Positions 11,024 to 20,170 of a stretch of 58,853 bases of DNA are shown piece after piece. Numbering within the stretch: position 1 is the stretch's first letter; each line of letters opens with the position of its first letter. The DNA lies in the IMG/VR virus record IMGVR_UViG_3300023184_006354, positions 1 to 58,853 of that record, one strand, 5' to 3'. The translations under genes and the position numbers were made by a program. The stretch is from a virus. Taxonomy: Duplodnaviria > Caudoviricetes. Under the pieces are notes generated by a model that saw only the letters and a list, made by a program, of their open reading frames with translations, did no database searches and was not told the DNA's origin.

Positions 11024-11249
11024 CTTCTTCCTCTTCTTCTTTTCTTATTTTATCTATTTCTTTATCAAAAGCCGATAATCCAGTAGCCAGAATTCTCATA
11101 GAGGACTTATCTTTTAAATGAAAGAATACATCTGCTTTGCCTTGCTTTTTCCCCTTTTGAACGGTTATAAGAAGATACTCTATGCCATTATCTTCTAGCT
11201 TTTGCGTCAAATCATATACATCATCTAAAGATCCCATATTATAACTCAA
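11013..11249 (-). CDS. Hypothetical protein
   Basis: ORF overlapping both neighbours in the operon; acidic tail. Confidence 0.65.
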   Translation of the reverse strand: MSYNMGSLDDVYDLTQKLEDNGIEYLLITVQKGKKQGKADVFFHLKDKSSMRILATGLSAFDKEIDKIRKEEEEEDDE

Positions 11250-11877
11250 TTTGCCACTTTAATTTATTCCAAACTTTTAAGTTAAGATCAAGATCGTTAA
11301 TTGCATCATGCAATTTATCATAGTCATGATCTATACTATTCTCTTTACCAAGGAATGTCAAGCTACTTTTTACATCTTTTCGTTTTGTATGATACGTTTT
11401 ATATTGATATTCTAATAAATCAGTATTGGGTTTATATGGAGTTCCATACTTTATCCCTCTAGCTATACAATTAGTATCAATTATCTTATTCATTAAATGA
11501 TCCCAATGACAACCCATAGATTCATATAATTCTTTAATTAAGAAAATATCAAAACCAAGAATATTGTGTCCAATAATATAATCTGCATGATCTAACCAAT
11601 CTTTGATTGTGGGAAAAGCTTCTTTAATATCAAGACCTTCCTTTTGAACTTTCTTGTGGTCGTATCTTGTTATTCTTGCTGCATTATCACTAATTTTCAA
11701 ATCAGTATTCCACTTAATATAAAAATTCTTGCTATCAGTTTTAAAATCACCTTTAGCTTTTATCATTCCAATTTGCCAAGGTAGATTATGGCAGAAATTC
11801 AAGCAAAGATTAAATGTTTCTAAATCAATAAAAACAAAAGTTTTAATCTTGTCGTATCTTAATAAATGTTCGTCCAT
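11239..11877 (-). CDS. DEDDh 3'-5' exonuclease (DnaQ/epsilon-like)
   Basis: FIDLET (ExoI), GHNILGFD (ExoII), LHDAINDL (ExoIII). Confidence 0.9.
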   Translation of the reverse strand: MDEHLLRYDKIKTFVFIDLETFNLCLNFCHNLPWQIGMIKAKGDFKTDSKNFYIKWNTDLKISDNAARITRYDHKKVQKEGLDIKEAFPTIKDWLDHADYIIGHNILGFDIFLIKELYESMGCHWDHLMNKIIDTNCIARGIKYGTPYKPNTDLLEYQYKTYHTKRKDVKSSLTFLGKENSIDHDYDKLHDAINDLDLNLKVWNKLKWQIEL

Positions 11878-11878
11878 A

Positions 11879-12397
11879 TTATCCTAAATCTGCGAATGGA
11901 TCATCAATTGATTTATTTTGATCATGTTTTTCATATATCTGATATGGAATTTTCATGTCTCTAATATTGTAATGCCATTCTAGATGCTCTAATTTGTTTT
12001 GTTTAAACCAGTTTCCATTGTCTTCTGTAAGATTATACATATGAAATGCGTTAAGATTTTCTGCAAAAGCAACAATATAAACTGGAGCTTTTAACAAATT
12101 TCCAAACCAAACGCTCATATATTTTTGCTGATCTCTTTTACAATATCTTGTCAAAATTGATTCAAAATATTTTGGCGAAGGTGCGCGAGTATAGTCGTCA
12201 ATTCTAGTTAATTCTAAAACCGCTTTAGCTTCTGGTATCTGATTTTTAAATGTTACGCAGATCAAGTCTTGATCTATGGCATATAATCCATTTTCACCAT
12301 AAATCATATTCCTATATAGAAGAGTTCTATCTTCATTATCTTTTCTTTGACGAACTTTATTTCCATACTCATTAACAATTTTTTCTATAGTTTTCAT
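11879..12397 (-). CDS. Hypothetical protein, possibly PD-(D/E)XK-like fold
   Basis: YAIDQD...AVLELTR weakly resembles the D...E-x-K nuclease core. Confidence 0.5.
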   Translation of the reverse strand: MKTIEKIVNEYGNKVRQRKDNEDRTLLYRNMIYGENGLYAIDQDLICVTFKNQIPEAKAVLELTRIDDYTRAPSPKYFESILTRYCKRDQQKYMSVWFGNLLKAPVYIVAFAENLNAFHMYNLTEDNGNWFKQNKLEHLEWHYNIRDMKIPYQIYEKHDQNKSIDDPFADLG

Positions 12398-13152
12398 TTG
12401 TTTTTAGTAGATAAGCTTTCAAAAGAAAATCGATTGCTGGTCATATGTGATAATTCTGGTTTATTCAAAGTGGTTCGATTGTTAATGCATCTGAATGTTA
12501 AATATGCTTTAAAATCCTTGCCGTTTTTATAGTAGATGCTTTTAGTATTTAAGGTTTCTAGTTTATTAGCTTTGGCGTAAGCTAAAACTTTAGCCTTAAT
12601 AATATGATCAAATGGAAGACTATTATTTTCAATGAATAATATTGGTTTAGTAAATTCTAAATCTGGCACACAAACTGTTCCTCTTAATGTGTTATTAAAA
12701 ATGAAAGAATCATAAAATGGAATACATAATATTAAATTCTTATCACTCCATAATGATTTTAAAGTTTTGAAATCTATTCTTGGTTCGTAATAAAAACCAT
12801 CTTTTGCAGCAATTGAAAATATTTTAATTAAATCTTTGTAGCCTTGTTCGTTCTTAAAAAATATAACTACTTTAGAAGTTTTTTGACGAGATTCTTCTGA
12901 CCTTTCATTCATATCATCGTTTATAGAAATCCTTAATCCATATCTTAAGTTAATATTATATTTCTTGGTATTAGTATAAGCTTGCAAAAATGAAGTCATA
13001 TTATCTTCAACTAGACTGACTTCTTTCAAGTTATTATCTTTTGCTATATCTATAATAGAATCTGGTTGATTCTCTTCTTTCTCTTCGTCTTCAAGAGTAA
13101 GAATAGATCTTCCAATACTAAAATGAGACTTAAATAATGGCATTACTTCCAT
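12394..13152 (-). CDS. Stand-alone PHP domain of DNA polymerase III alpha
   Basis: LFKSHFSIGRSIL, KNEQGYKDLIKI.S.A..DGFYYEPRID match the DnaE N-terminal PHP domain; metal ligands look degenerate. Confidence 0.85.
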   Translation of the reverse strand: MEVMPLFKSHFSIGRSILTLEDEEKEENQPDSIIDIAKDNNLKEVSLVEDNMTSFLQAYTNTKKYNINLRYGLRISINDDMNERSEESRQKTSKVVIFFKNEQGYKDLIKIFSIAAKDGFYYEPRIDFKTLKSLWSDKNLILCIPFYDSFIFNNTLRGTVCVPDLEFTKPILFIENNSLPFDHIIKAKVLAYAKANKLETLNTKSIYYKNGKDFKAYLTFRCINNRTTLNKPELSHMTSNRFSFESLSTKNK

Positions 13153-13187
13153 TTGGATATTATAATTAATATATGTTATGGTGTCAA
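13153..13187 (-). promoter_or_regulatory. Consensus sigma70 promoter, leaderless
   Basis: TTGACA-17 nt-TATAAT-6 nt-ATG(13152). Confidence 0.85.
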
Positions 13188-13190
13188 TAG

Positions 13191-14144
13191 CTAATTTAAA
13201 TCAGCAAAAGCATCATGATTTTCACCTTGCTTAAGTTGTGGCCATTTTGGACAGCCTTCATATTTTCTAGTTTCTACTTTAAATCCTTTGATATCTTTGA
13301 AATTATTCTCTAAACTAGTTTCAACTACTTCGCCTTTATCATTTAATTTAACATAATATTCATAAGGATCTTTATATGGACATTTCCAGCCACCTACTTT
13401 GCACATCCATTTATTCTTTTCGTTATCTATTGCGAAGTTAGCTTTAGCAGAATTTTCATCAAACTTATTAACATAATCATTGATATGCTCTAAGTAGTGT
13501 TCAAAGCCAGTAATTTGTTCATCTGTAAAAGTTAACTCTTGAATAGGTTGCTTTGGAAACCTAAGAAACAAGAACTTTACAATAGGCTTTAATTTGGGCC
13601 ATAATTTTTTACTTGCTAGACTATACATCATGGCTTGAATATTGGCTTCAAGGTCATCACCCCTAAACTTGTATTTGGAGCTCTTATAGTCGATTATATG
13701 CATTTCTTTTTTGGTTTTAATAGGCTTATCTATAAAACCTCGAATATGGTATTTAGGCTCTTGACTTTCAATATTAAAGGAATATTCTGGTTTAACTATA
13801 TCTCCATGCTCACCAAAGAAATCATGCTTTAAACCCACTAAAATCATATCATTTAATAGCTTATAATTACTATCATCTAATTTAACTTTTTTAGCTAATT
13901 TTTTAACTAATCTATCGACACCTTTATCACCATCAATTGCGTTCTTTTTTATTATTCTCTTATAATTTTCAAGATGTCTCTTGTTTAAAAGTAGTTCAAA
14001 AACTGTATGGCAAATAGTACCACGATCACTTCCATCATTAGATCTTTGTGGAACTTTAGTATGATAGTTATTCCAATAAACCCAAGAACAAGTTTCAAGG
14101 GTTTTTATTCTTGAAGCGGATAAAATTTTATTTTGTTGTGTCAT
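13191..14144 (-). CDS. PD-(D/E)XK exonuclease (RecB/Cas4-like)
   Basis: LSASRIKT..C, RGTICH, RGFIDK, IIDYKSS, QAMMY, C-terminal C..W.CPY. Confidence 0.88.
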   Translation of the reverse strand: MTQQNKILSASRIKTLETCSWVYWNNYHTKVPQRSNDGSDRGTICHTVFELLLNKRHLENYKRIIKKNAIDGDKGVDRLVKKLAKKVKLDDSNYKLLNDMILVGLKHDFFGEHGDIVKPEYSFNIESQEPKYHIRGFIDKPIKTKKEMHIIDYKSSKYKFRGDDLEANIQAMMYSLASKKLWPKLKPIVKFLFLRFPKQPIQELTFTDEQITGFEHYLEHINDYVNKFDENSAKANFAIDNEKNKWMCKVGGWKCPYKDPYEYYVKLNDKGEVVETSLENNFKDIKGFKVETRKYEGCPKWPQLKQGENHDAFADLN

Positions 14145-14892
14145 AAATTTTTAATTCTTTCATTTTTCTTATTTTGGCTTTAATCGCTTCTTTTCTTGAT
14201 CTAAATCTTCCTAGGTGAAATGTTTTATTATTAAATCTTAATCTAGCTTGCCATTTTTTTCTTTTTGGGTCATAATATAAATTAGATTCTTCTTTAGAAG
14301 TTTTTTTAATAAAGAAATTATAAAAATTTTTTAAATTTTGTCTTGACCATTTATTTTTTTTATTTTTATGATTTATAATTGCTTCATTCCCATATAGAAA
14401 CAAAACCATTTTATCATATGCTATGGACGCTTTGATTTCTGAAGAAAATGCTTTTTTATATTTAATATTTCTATGTCTTAATTCCGCATGTATAGAGTTT
14501 TTATCTTTATAAACTCCAACATATTTAGATGTTTTATTTTTACTTTTTAGTTTACCTTGATTGCTTTTACTCATTTTTTCTATAGAAATTTTAGTTAAAA
14601 TTCTATTGGGTTGATATATTTCCAAATTATATCCATTTGGTGATAAAGTATTATATTTTAATATATTTTTTGTTTCTAATTTTGGAAGATTTTTATTATT
14701 AGATTTCAAGATTGGTTCAAATTTAAAATTTTGGTATCCATATTTTTTAATAGCAAATTCTATTGGTGTTCTTGGGCTTTTGTTAGCTTTACTTTTATGT
14801 TCTGTCCACCTTCTAGTGGGATTTTCTGCAGTAGTTTTACCAATATATATTTTATTATTGATTAAATTTGTTATTTTATAAATATATCCCAT
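14128..14892 (-). CDS. GIY-YIG homing endonuclease with AP2-like DNA-binding domains
   Basis: GYIYKITNLINNKIYIGKT, RW.EH, NGYN; TSKYVGV..AIAYD and KKWQARL...HLGRF..EA (AP2). Confidence 0.88.
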   Translation of the reverse strand: MGYIYKITNLINNKIYIGKTTAENPTRRWTEHKSKANKSPRTPIEFAIKKYGYQNFKFEPILKSNNKNLPKLETKNILKYNTLSPNGYNLEIYQPNRILTKISIEKMSKSNQGKLKSKNKTSKYVGVYKDKNSIHAELRHRNIKYKKAFSSEIKASIAYDKMVLFLYGNEAIINHKNKKNKWSRQNLKNFYNFFIKKTSKEESNLYYDPKRKKWQARLRFNNKTFHLGRFRSRKEAIKAKIRKMKELKIYDTTK

Positions 14893-14935
14893 AAAAATTA
14901 TTACACTACTTTTACCCTTTTTGCTCCATTATATT

Positions 14936-15844
14936 TTAAAGATTGTTTTTCCATTGTAATATTTCTTCGGAACTCATTTCTCCGAAATCTTTCTTGGATG
15001 GTAATTTAATCTCTAATTGCCTTGAATCAAAATATCTTAATAATTTATTATAAGCTTTTTCTGACGCAATATTCCCAGCGCTATTTTTTTCTTGATCATT
15101 ATTAAATGATATATAAATTTTAGTAGGATCAACTTTTAGTAAAACATTTAGAATTGATACGCTAACCTCTAATCCAAAAGTAACTATAGTATTTTTAATT
15201 CCAGCTTCCCATAGAGATAAACAATCACCAATACTTTCCACCAAGAATACTTCTTTAGATTTTTGAATGTCATCAATATTCAAGAATAAAGGATAACACC
15301 AATTAATCTTTTCTCCCAAGTGTTTCCATTTGATCTTGCTTTGAGAATTTAAATCTCTTCCAGAAAATCCTACGATATCTTTTTTACTATTAAGAATTGG
15401 AAATACGTATCTATTTTTCATTTTGCCATTATCTGCTACTCCGCCTAAAAACAAGTTTAAGGTTTCTTGTGATACTCCTCTATTAATCCAATAAGCGTGA
15501 TCTTTTTTTAGTTTTAAAAGTAAATCTTTATCAAAAGTTTTTGCGGATTTAATCTTTGGTTTTTCGTCCTTAAGAACTGTGCTTCCAACAAAATTCTTTT
15601 CTTTAAGCCATGTTTTTGCTTGGTCTTGGGTTTCTAATTTTAGACTAAGTTTAATTAAAGTAGCAAAATCGCCACTTATATTTTCTTTAAAATCAACCCA
15701 GTTTCCAGAGTCTTTATAAATCCTTAAAACAGAATCGTTATCGCTATCTCTATAGATTGGTCTTGCTCTATATTCTTTTCCACAATCTTTGAGTGAGTAA
15801 CCTATATTGGTTAACACTTCGTGAATATTTATTCCACTTTCCAT
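14936..15844 (-). CDS. DnaG-like primase
   Basis: RYVFPI...VGFSGR, TOPRIM VESIGD, KDFGE; N-terminal domain lacks the CHC2 cysteines. Confidence 0.85.
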   Translation of the reverse strand: MESGINIHEVLTNIGYSLKDCGKEYRARPIYRDSDNDSVLRIYKDSGNWVDFKENISGDFATLIKLSLKLETQDQAKTWLKEKNFVGSTVLKDEKPKIKSAKTFDKDLLLKLKKDHAYWINRGVSQETLNLFLGGVADNGKMKNRYVFPILNSKKDIVGFSGRDLNSQSKIKWKHLGEKINWCYPLFLNIDDIQKSKEVFLVESIGDCLSLWEAGIKNTIVTFGLEVSVSILNVLLKVDPTKIYISFNNDQEKNSAGNIASEKAYNKLLRYFDSRQLEIKLPSKKDFGEMSSEEILQWKNNL

Positions 15845-16488
15845 TGTAATGCCTCACTTATTATAGGAAAATTTTGAATAAAAATATTCTTACATTCATC
15901 TGCAATTAATCTATGTTCTTTTTGAGTATTCTGTTCTGTTCTTAAATCAAGATAGTGAACCCAACTTCTAAGTGACCCCTTCATGTACATTGTGGTTTCG
16001 GTTGTTAATGGAAGAATCATTCGTGCTACTTCTTTTGCGATTCCTCCTTGAATCATCTTATCATAAGCTGCAGTTGAAGCTTCTATCGCTTGTTTTACTG
16101 AGCTATATAAATCTGCATATCTTAAATCTGTTGGGTCTAATAAATTCTCTCCGACTTGACGATTTTTATCTCCTTGTAATCTAAATTCAATATCTTCAAA
16201 AGCTGTTGCGACGCTATATCTTTGGCTAAACTCTTGAAAACTAAATGATCTATGTCTTAAGATTTGCGCTGCAATTGCCCTGCTAGTTTTAATTTCAACT
16301 GTCATATCAACCATTTCAAATGGACTCCAATGCTTATGTTTAATTAAAAAGCTAAGTAATTTGGGCGCAGATTCAGAATTCATTTGATTTGATGGATTGC
16401 TGACTCTAGCGCAATACGCAACTAGATCTTCTGCGTTTTTTAATCCTTCAATATCTGGTTTGGTTATAGATATTAATTTTACGTTCAC
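15829..16488 (-). CDS. thyX: Flavin-dependent thymidylate synthase
   Basis: HWSPFE, QILRHRSFSFQEFSQRY, EVARMILP, LRT...TQKEHR. Confidence 0.96.
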   Translation of the reverse strand: MNVKLISITKPDIEGLKNAEDLVAYCARVSNPSNQMNSESAPKLLSFLIKHKHWSPFEMVDMTVEIKTSRAIAAQILRHRSFSFQEFSQRYSVATAFEDIEFRLQGDKNRQVGENLLDPTDLRYADLYSSVKQAIEASTAAYDKMIQGGIAKEVARMILPLTTETTMYMKGSLRSWVHYLDLRTEQNTQKEHRLIADECKNIFIQNFPIISEALQWKVE

Positions 16489-17969
16489 AATAATTCTCCA
16501 TCATTTGCACTTTGATCATTTAATTGATATTGCTCTCTTTGTCTCGTAGCAATATCGTGCAAAGATCCTCGCTCTTCAATCTTAAAGTTTTGTACATTGT
16601 AATTTAAATAATTTTGCGCCCATGTTTCTTTGCCAGTAGCATCTAGTCTTCTAACCAAATCTTGATGACCCGCTGCTTCTCTACCTTGGAATCTAGTCTT
16701 AGTTGGGATTAACTTATGAGTTCCAAATTGTTGACCATCCAAAGCTAATTCATCTAATGTTTTTCTTCTAAAAATCGCTACGAATGAAGCAAACCATTGT
16801 AGTCTATCTGATAATGAAATAGCTGAACTGTCATCAACAACTGCTGAAGCGTTTCTATTAAAGTTTTCTCCAGTTCTATTAAGCTGCATAGCAGTTACGA
16901 TTGGACAATTAATTTCTTCTGAAATTCTTTTTAGCTTATCAATTTTATCTCCAATCGCTTGATGTTCTGCCCAATTCTGACCAACCTTTTCTCCAGTTAG
17001 TTTGATATAATCATAAGCAATCAAAGCTTGGTTTCCTCTGCCTACTTTAGACAAATACCATCTGCGAATCATAGAGCAGATTTGATCAATGTTTTTACTA
17101 CCAACATGATAGTGATAATGTTCATAATTTTTAACATGCGCCCAAGCTGCTCTAACTTTTTTAGTCATGTCTTCATTTTTACGCCAATTTCCAGTTTCAA
17201 GATACCACATGGGTACATCTGATATAGAAGATACCATTCTTAATTGAATATCAAAAGTCTGCATTTCTGTATCTAAAATTAATGTTTTTACTTTGTTCTT
17301 TGGATTCTTTGCTACATTAAAACATATATCATTTATCCAAGTGGACTTTCCTTGACCTGGACGACTTACGATTGCATAAATGTTTCCATTCTTTAAACCA
17401 CCATAAAGTCTGTTAAACTCTGGATAACCAGTAATTAAACCAGAATCTTCTCTAGGATTATTTCCTAATTCCTCAATTATATCCTCGACTCCTTCAAATA
17501 AATTGATTGGTTCATCCTTCGAGATATAAGATGAAATTTTATTATTATAAATAGAATCTGCTTCGGCAATGATTTTATCAATTGCATCATCACCATTTTT
17601 TGTTACGAAAGATTTTAATTTATCTGCTGTTTGAATTATCTCTCTACGTATTCTTAATTTCATTAATTCTTTGCAAGCATTCATTGTGGCTTCTTCTGTG
17701 ATCTGAGAGAATGCCAAGTTTTCGATGTAGTCAAATATATTAATATCATCTTTAAAAGATATACCAAGATTTTTAATCTTTTCTGCTAAAAGTACTTTAT
17801 CTACTTTTTCGCCTTTATGAGCTATGCTTTTATAAACAGAATATATTGTGGAATGAACTTCATTAAAGAAGTCGGTATCATTTAAGAAAATATCTACTTC
17901 TGCAAATAAATTTTGATATTTAATTAAACCACTTAATACATGTCGTTCTACTTGAATAGAATAAATCAT
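16485..17969 (-). CDS. dnaB: Replicative DnaB-like helicase
   Basis: Walker A SRPGQGKS, DTEM, YDYIK, AMQLNR. Start at 17969 fits TTGACT-17-TATCAT-8-ATG. Confidence 0.92.
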   Translation of the reverse strand: MIYSIQVERHVLSGLIKYQNLFAEVDIFLNDTDFFNEVHSTIYSVYKSIAHKGEKVDKVLLAEKIKNLGISFKDDINIFDYIENLAFSQITEEATMNACKELMKLRIRREIIQTADKLKSFVTKNGDDAIDKIIAEADSIYNNKISSYISKDEPINLFEGVEDIIEELGNNPREDSGLITGYPEFNRLYGGLKNGNIYAIVSRPGQGKSTWINDICFNVAKNPKNKVKTLILDTEMQTFDIQLRMVSSISDVPMWYLETGNWRKNEDMTKKVRAAWAHVKNYEHYHYHVGSKNIDQICSMIRRWYLSKVGRGNQALIAYDYIKLTGEKVGQNWAEHQAIGDKIDKLKRISEEINCPIVTAMQLNRTGENFNRNASAVVDDSSAISLSDRLQWFASFVAIFRRKTLDELALDGQQFGTHKLIPTKTRFQGREAAGHQDLVRRLDATGKETWAQNYLNYNVQNFKIEERGSLHDIATRQREQYQLNDQSANDGELL

Positions 17970-18007
17970 CAACAATTATGATACTATATTAAAAATTAAA
18001 AGTCAAG

Positions 18008-18274
18008 TTAATCTTCGTCTTCTTGGTCGTCTTCGTCATTTTTTCTGGCAATTAAATCTGTTGTGGCTTCTAGATTAAGTTGATCTACGCTTTGACTCCA
18101 AGTATTTAAATAATATAAAAGTGCCATAGCATTTATTTGATTATCAAACTTTGTGAATACTTGAGGTTCGCCTTTATTTGAAAAATTAAAAAGAACATAT
18201 CCACCGAAACTGCATTCATCAATTTGCTTTAAAAGTGCATCTGGAAAATTGAATTTTTTCTTATTAGTCACCAC
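18008..18274 (-). CDS. Hypothetical protein
   Basis: ORF with GTG start preceded by the GTGTAA motif (18281-18286). Confidence 0.65.
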   Translation of the reverse strand: MVTNKKKFNFPDALLKQIDECSFGGYVLFNFSNKGEPQVFTKFDNQINAMALLYYLNTWSQSVDQLNLEATTDLIARKNDEDDQEDED

Positions 18275-18286
18275 CTAATTTTACAC

Positions 18287-18706
18287 TTAAATAATTAAAA
18301 TTCCACACTTTTCTTCTATATATTGTGGTGATAAAGTTTTTAGATCAGATTCGTAGACTTGAAGGAATTTAAATTCATTCATTTCAAGCCATTTTTCTTT
18401 TTTAACATCTCTTTTAATACTTTGAAGATATTTAAATCTAGAATTATCATGGAAGAACTTGTTGAATGATTCGTGTTGATCGCCTTGTATCTCGACTGCT
18501 ATCTTTTTTGTTGCATTTAATAAATCAACTTTAAGCATGCTTCCATAAACTGGAAACTCTTCATATACAATGTGATTTTTCCAATAAGGATAAAAGAATT
18601 GTTTGAATTTAAATTGTAATTTACTTCTGGATTTTCCATTCCAATTTACTAGATATTTACTTACATTTTTGTTAACGAGAGTTCCGTTAACATTTAATAA
18701 TCTCAT
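18287..18706 (-). CDS. Vsr/DUF559-like endonuclease
   Basis: VYEEFPV..LKVD....KIAVEIQGDQH...RD..K..W. Confidence 0.75.
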   Translation of the reverse strand: MRLLNVNGTLVNKNVSKYLVNWNGKSRSKLQFKFKQFFYPYWKNHIVYEEFPVYGSMLKVDLLNATKKIAVEIQGDQHESFNKFFHDNSRFKYLQSIKRDVKKEKWLEMNEFKFLQVYESDLKTLSPQYIEEKCGILII

Positions 18707-19845
18707 GAAGCAAGGGTTTGAATAAATTTATTATAAAAATAATCAACGATTGGTTTATTTTCTTCTAGATAGGATCTTAGATTATCTATACCTTGGTGTT
18801 GCTTTTTTAGTTCTAAATTTTGTTCTTTTAGTTCAGCAATGATTTCATCTGAGAATGTTACCCATGCTCCTTTAGCTGATGCAAATTCCCAAGAAAGAAT
18901 TTGATCAATTACTTCATACTCCTTCCAAACTGATGAACCATCTTTGCGACCATATTTAATTGGATATTGAACTTTTGAATTTGTGGATTCATTAGTGGAT
19001 TTCTTAATAGCGATTTTTACATTATGTCCAATAATCTTATTCTTTACTGGGTCATATCTATCATTTGGTTTTTCAAGAATAAGGTCTTTATTAAACTTTG
19101 GTTCGAATTCGAGAATCCAATTAGCAAAATGCAATAACGCATTTCCACCAGTTGCAGTAGTTTGACGAATATCCTTATTCGCTGCATAAGGGTCAAGTTT
19201 AATATCTGATCTAACTTGACTAATAAAGATTGCCATATGACCACGTTTAGAAAGAGCGAGAGAAATCTTCTTCATCAACATTGATGAGATAACTGCTCCT
19301 CCAGCAACCTTAGTTGCTTCAGTCATGCTTTTTTGGGCATCACCTTTTGTCATCAATCCGTCAACCGAATCAAGAATAAAGATGTACCTTTTATTCTCGT
19401 CATTAGATTGAATAAGATCCTTCATTAATTCTGAAACAGTTTCAAAAATATTACATTCAAATACGAAACAAGTTCCATCTACCCACTCTTTAGGATCAGT
19501 TACAAACTTAATTCCAGAACGCTCTTTGATTTCTTTGCTTAATCTTCCTTCTGCTTTAAAAAGTAAAGCTCTAGAATTTTCTACTGATTTCAAAAAGTTC
19601 TTTGTTACTTCTAATGCTTCTGAGGTTTTACCACCTTCATTCATTCCAATAAATCTATGCAACCCTGGGCATAAACCACCACCTGTAGCGATATCCAGGT
19701 TTAAGCTACCAGTAGATACTTTATAATATATTTCATCTTCAAAATTGTAATGATCTTCTTTATTGTCTTTTAAAAACGATAATAGTCTATCTGATGCACT
19801 TGGGCCAGATGATTCAATAATTTCTTCTTTAGATTTTTTTGCCAT
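18703..19845 (-). CDS. RecA/UvsX-like recombinase
   Basis: STGSLNLDIATGGG, GMNEGGKTS, ILDSVDGL, FISQVR, TGGNALLHFA. Confidence 0.92.
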   Translation of the reverse strand: MAKKSKEEIIESSGPSASDRLLSFLKDNKEDHYNFEDEIYYKVSTGSLNLDIATGGGLCPGLHRFIGMNEGGKTSEALEVTKNFLKSVENSRALLFKAEGRLSKEIKERSGIKFVTDPKEWVDGTCFVFECNIFETVSELMKDLIQSNDENKRYIFILDSVDGLMTKGDAQKSMTEATKVAGGAVISSMLMKKISLALSKRGHMAIFISQVRSDIKLDPYAANKDIRQTTATGGNALLHFANWILEFEPKFNKDLILEKPNDRYDPVKNKIIGHNVKIAIKKSTNESTNSKVQYPIKYGRKDGSSVWKEYEVIDQILSWEFASAKGAWVTFSDEIIAELKEQNLELKKQHQGIDNLRSYLEENKPIVDYFYNKFIQTLAS

Positions 19846-20170
19846 ATGTAATAAATTCTAACAGACTTTTAGGCTTTTGGCAAACTTTTTTATCTTCACC
19901 TATTTTATTTTCTTCTAATTGGTATTTTTGAGGTTTAGGTATAACTACTTTATCTTTTATTGCTTCTGTAGCCATAAAGCATTTTCCCTCTTCTGTTAAG
20001 AACCAAGCTAGGCTAGGTAATTTTAAATCTTTTAAATTATTCCAGTAAGAATAGCTCTTATATGTTTTAATAAGTTTTTGAGCTATTTTGATTTCCCTTG
20101 CCCAATTGATTTTATCTTTTATGTATTTTTTAACTATAAATTGGCAAAGTTTATGGTTTGTAATTTTCAA
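19829..20170 (-). CDS. Hypothetical protein
   Basis: ORF overlapping neighbours in the operon. Confidence 0.6.
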   Translation of the reverse strand: MKITNHKLCQFIVKKYIKDKINWAREIKIAQKLIKTYKSYSYWNNLKDLKLPSLAWFLTEEGKCFMATEAIKDKVVIPKPQKYQLEENKIGEDKKVCQKPKSLLEFITYGKKI

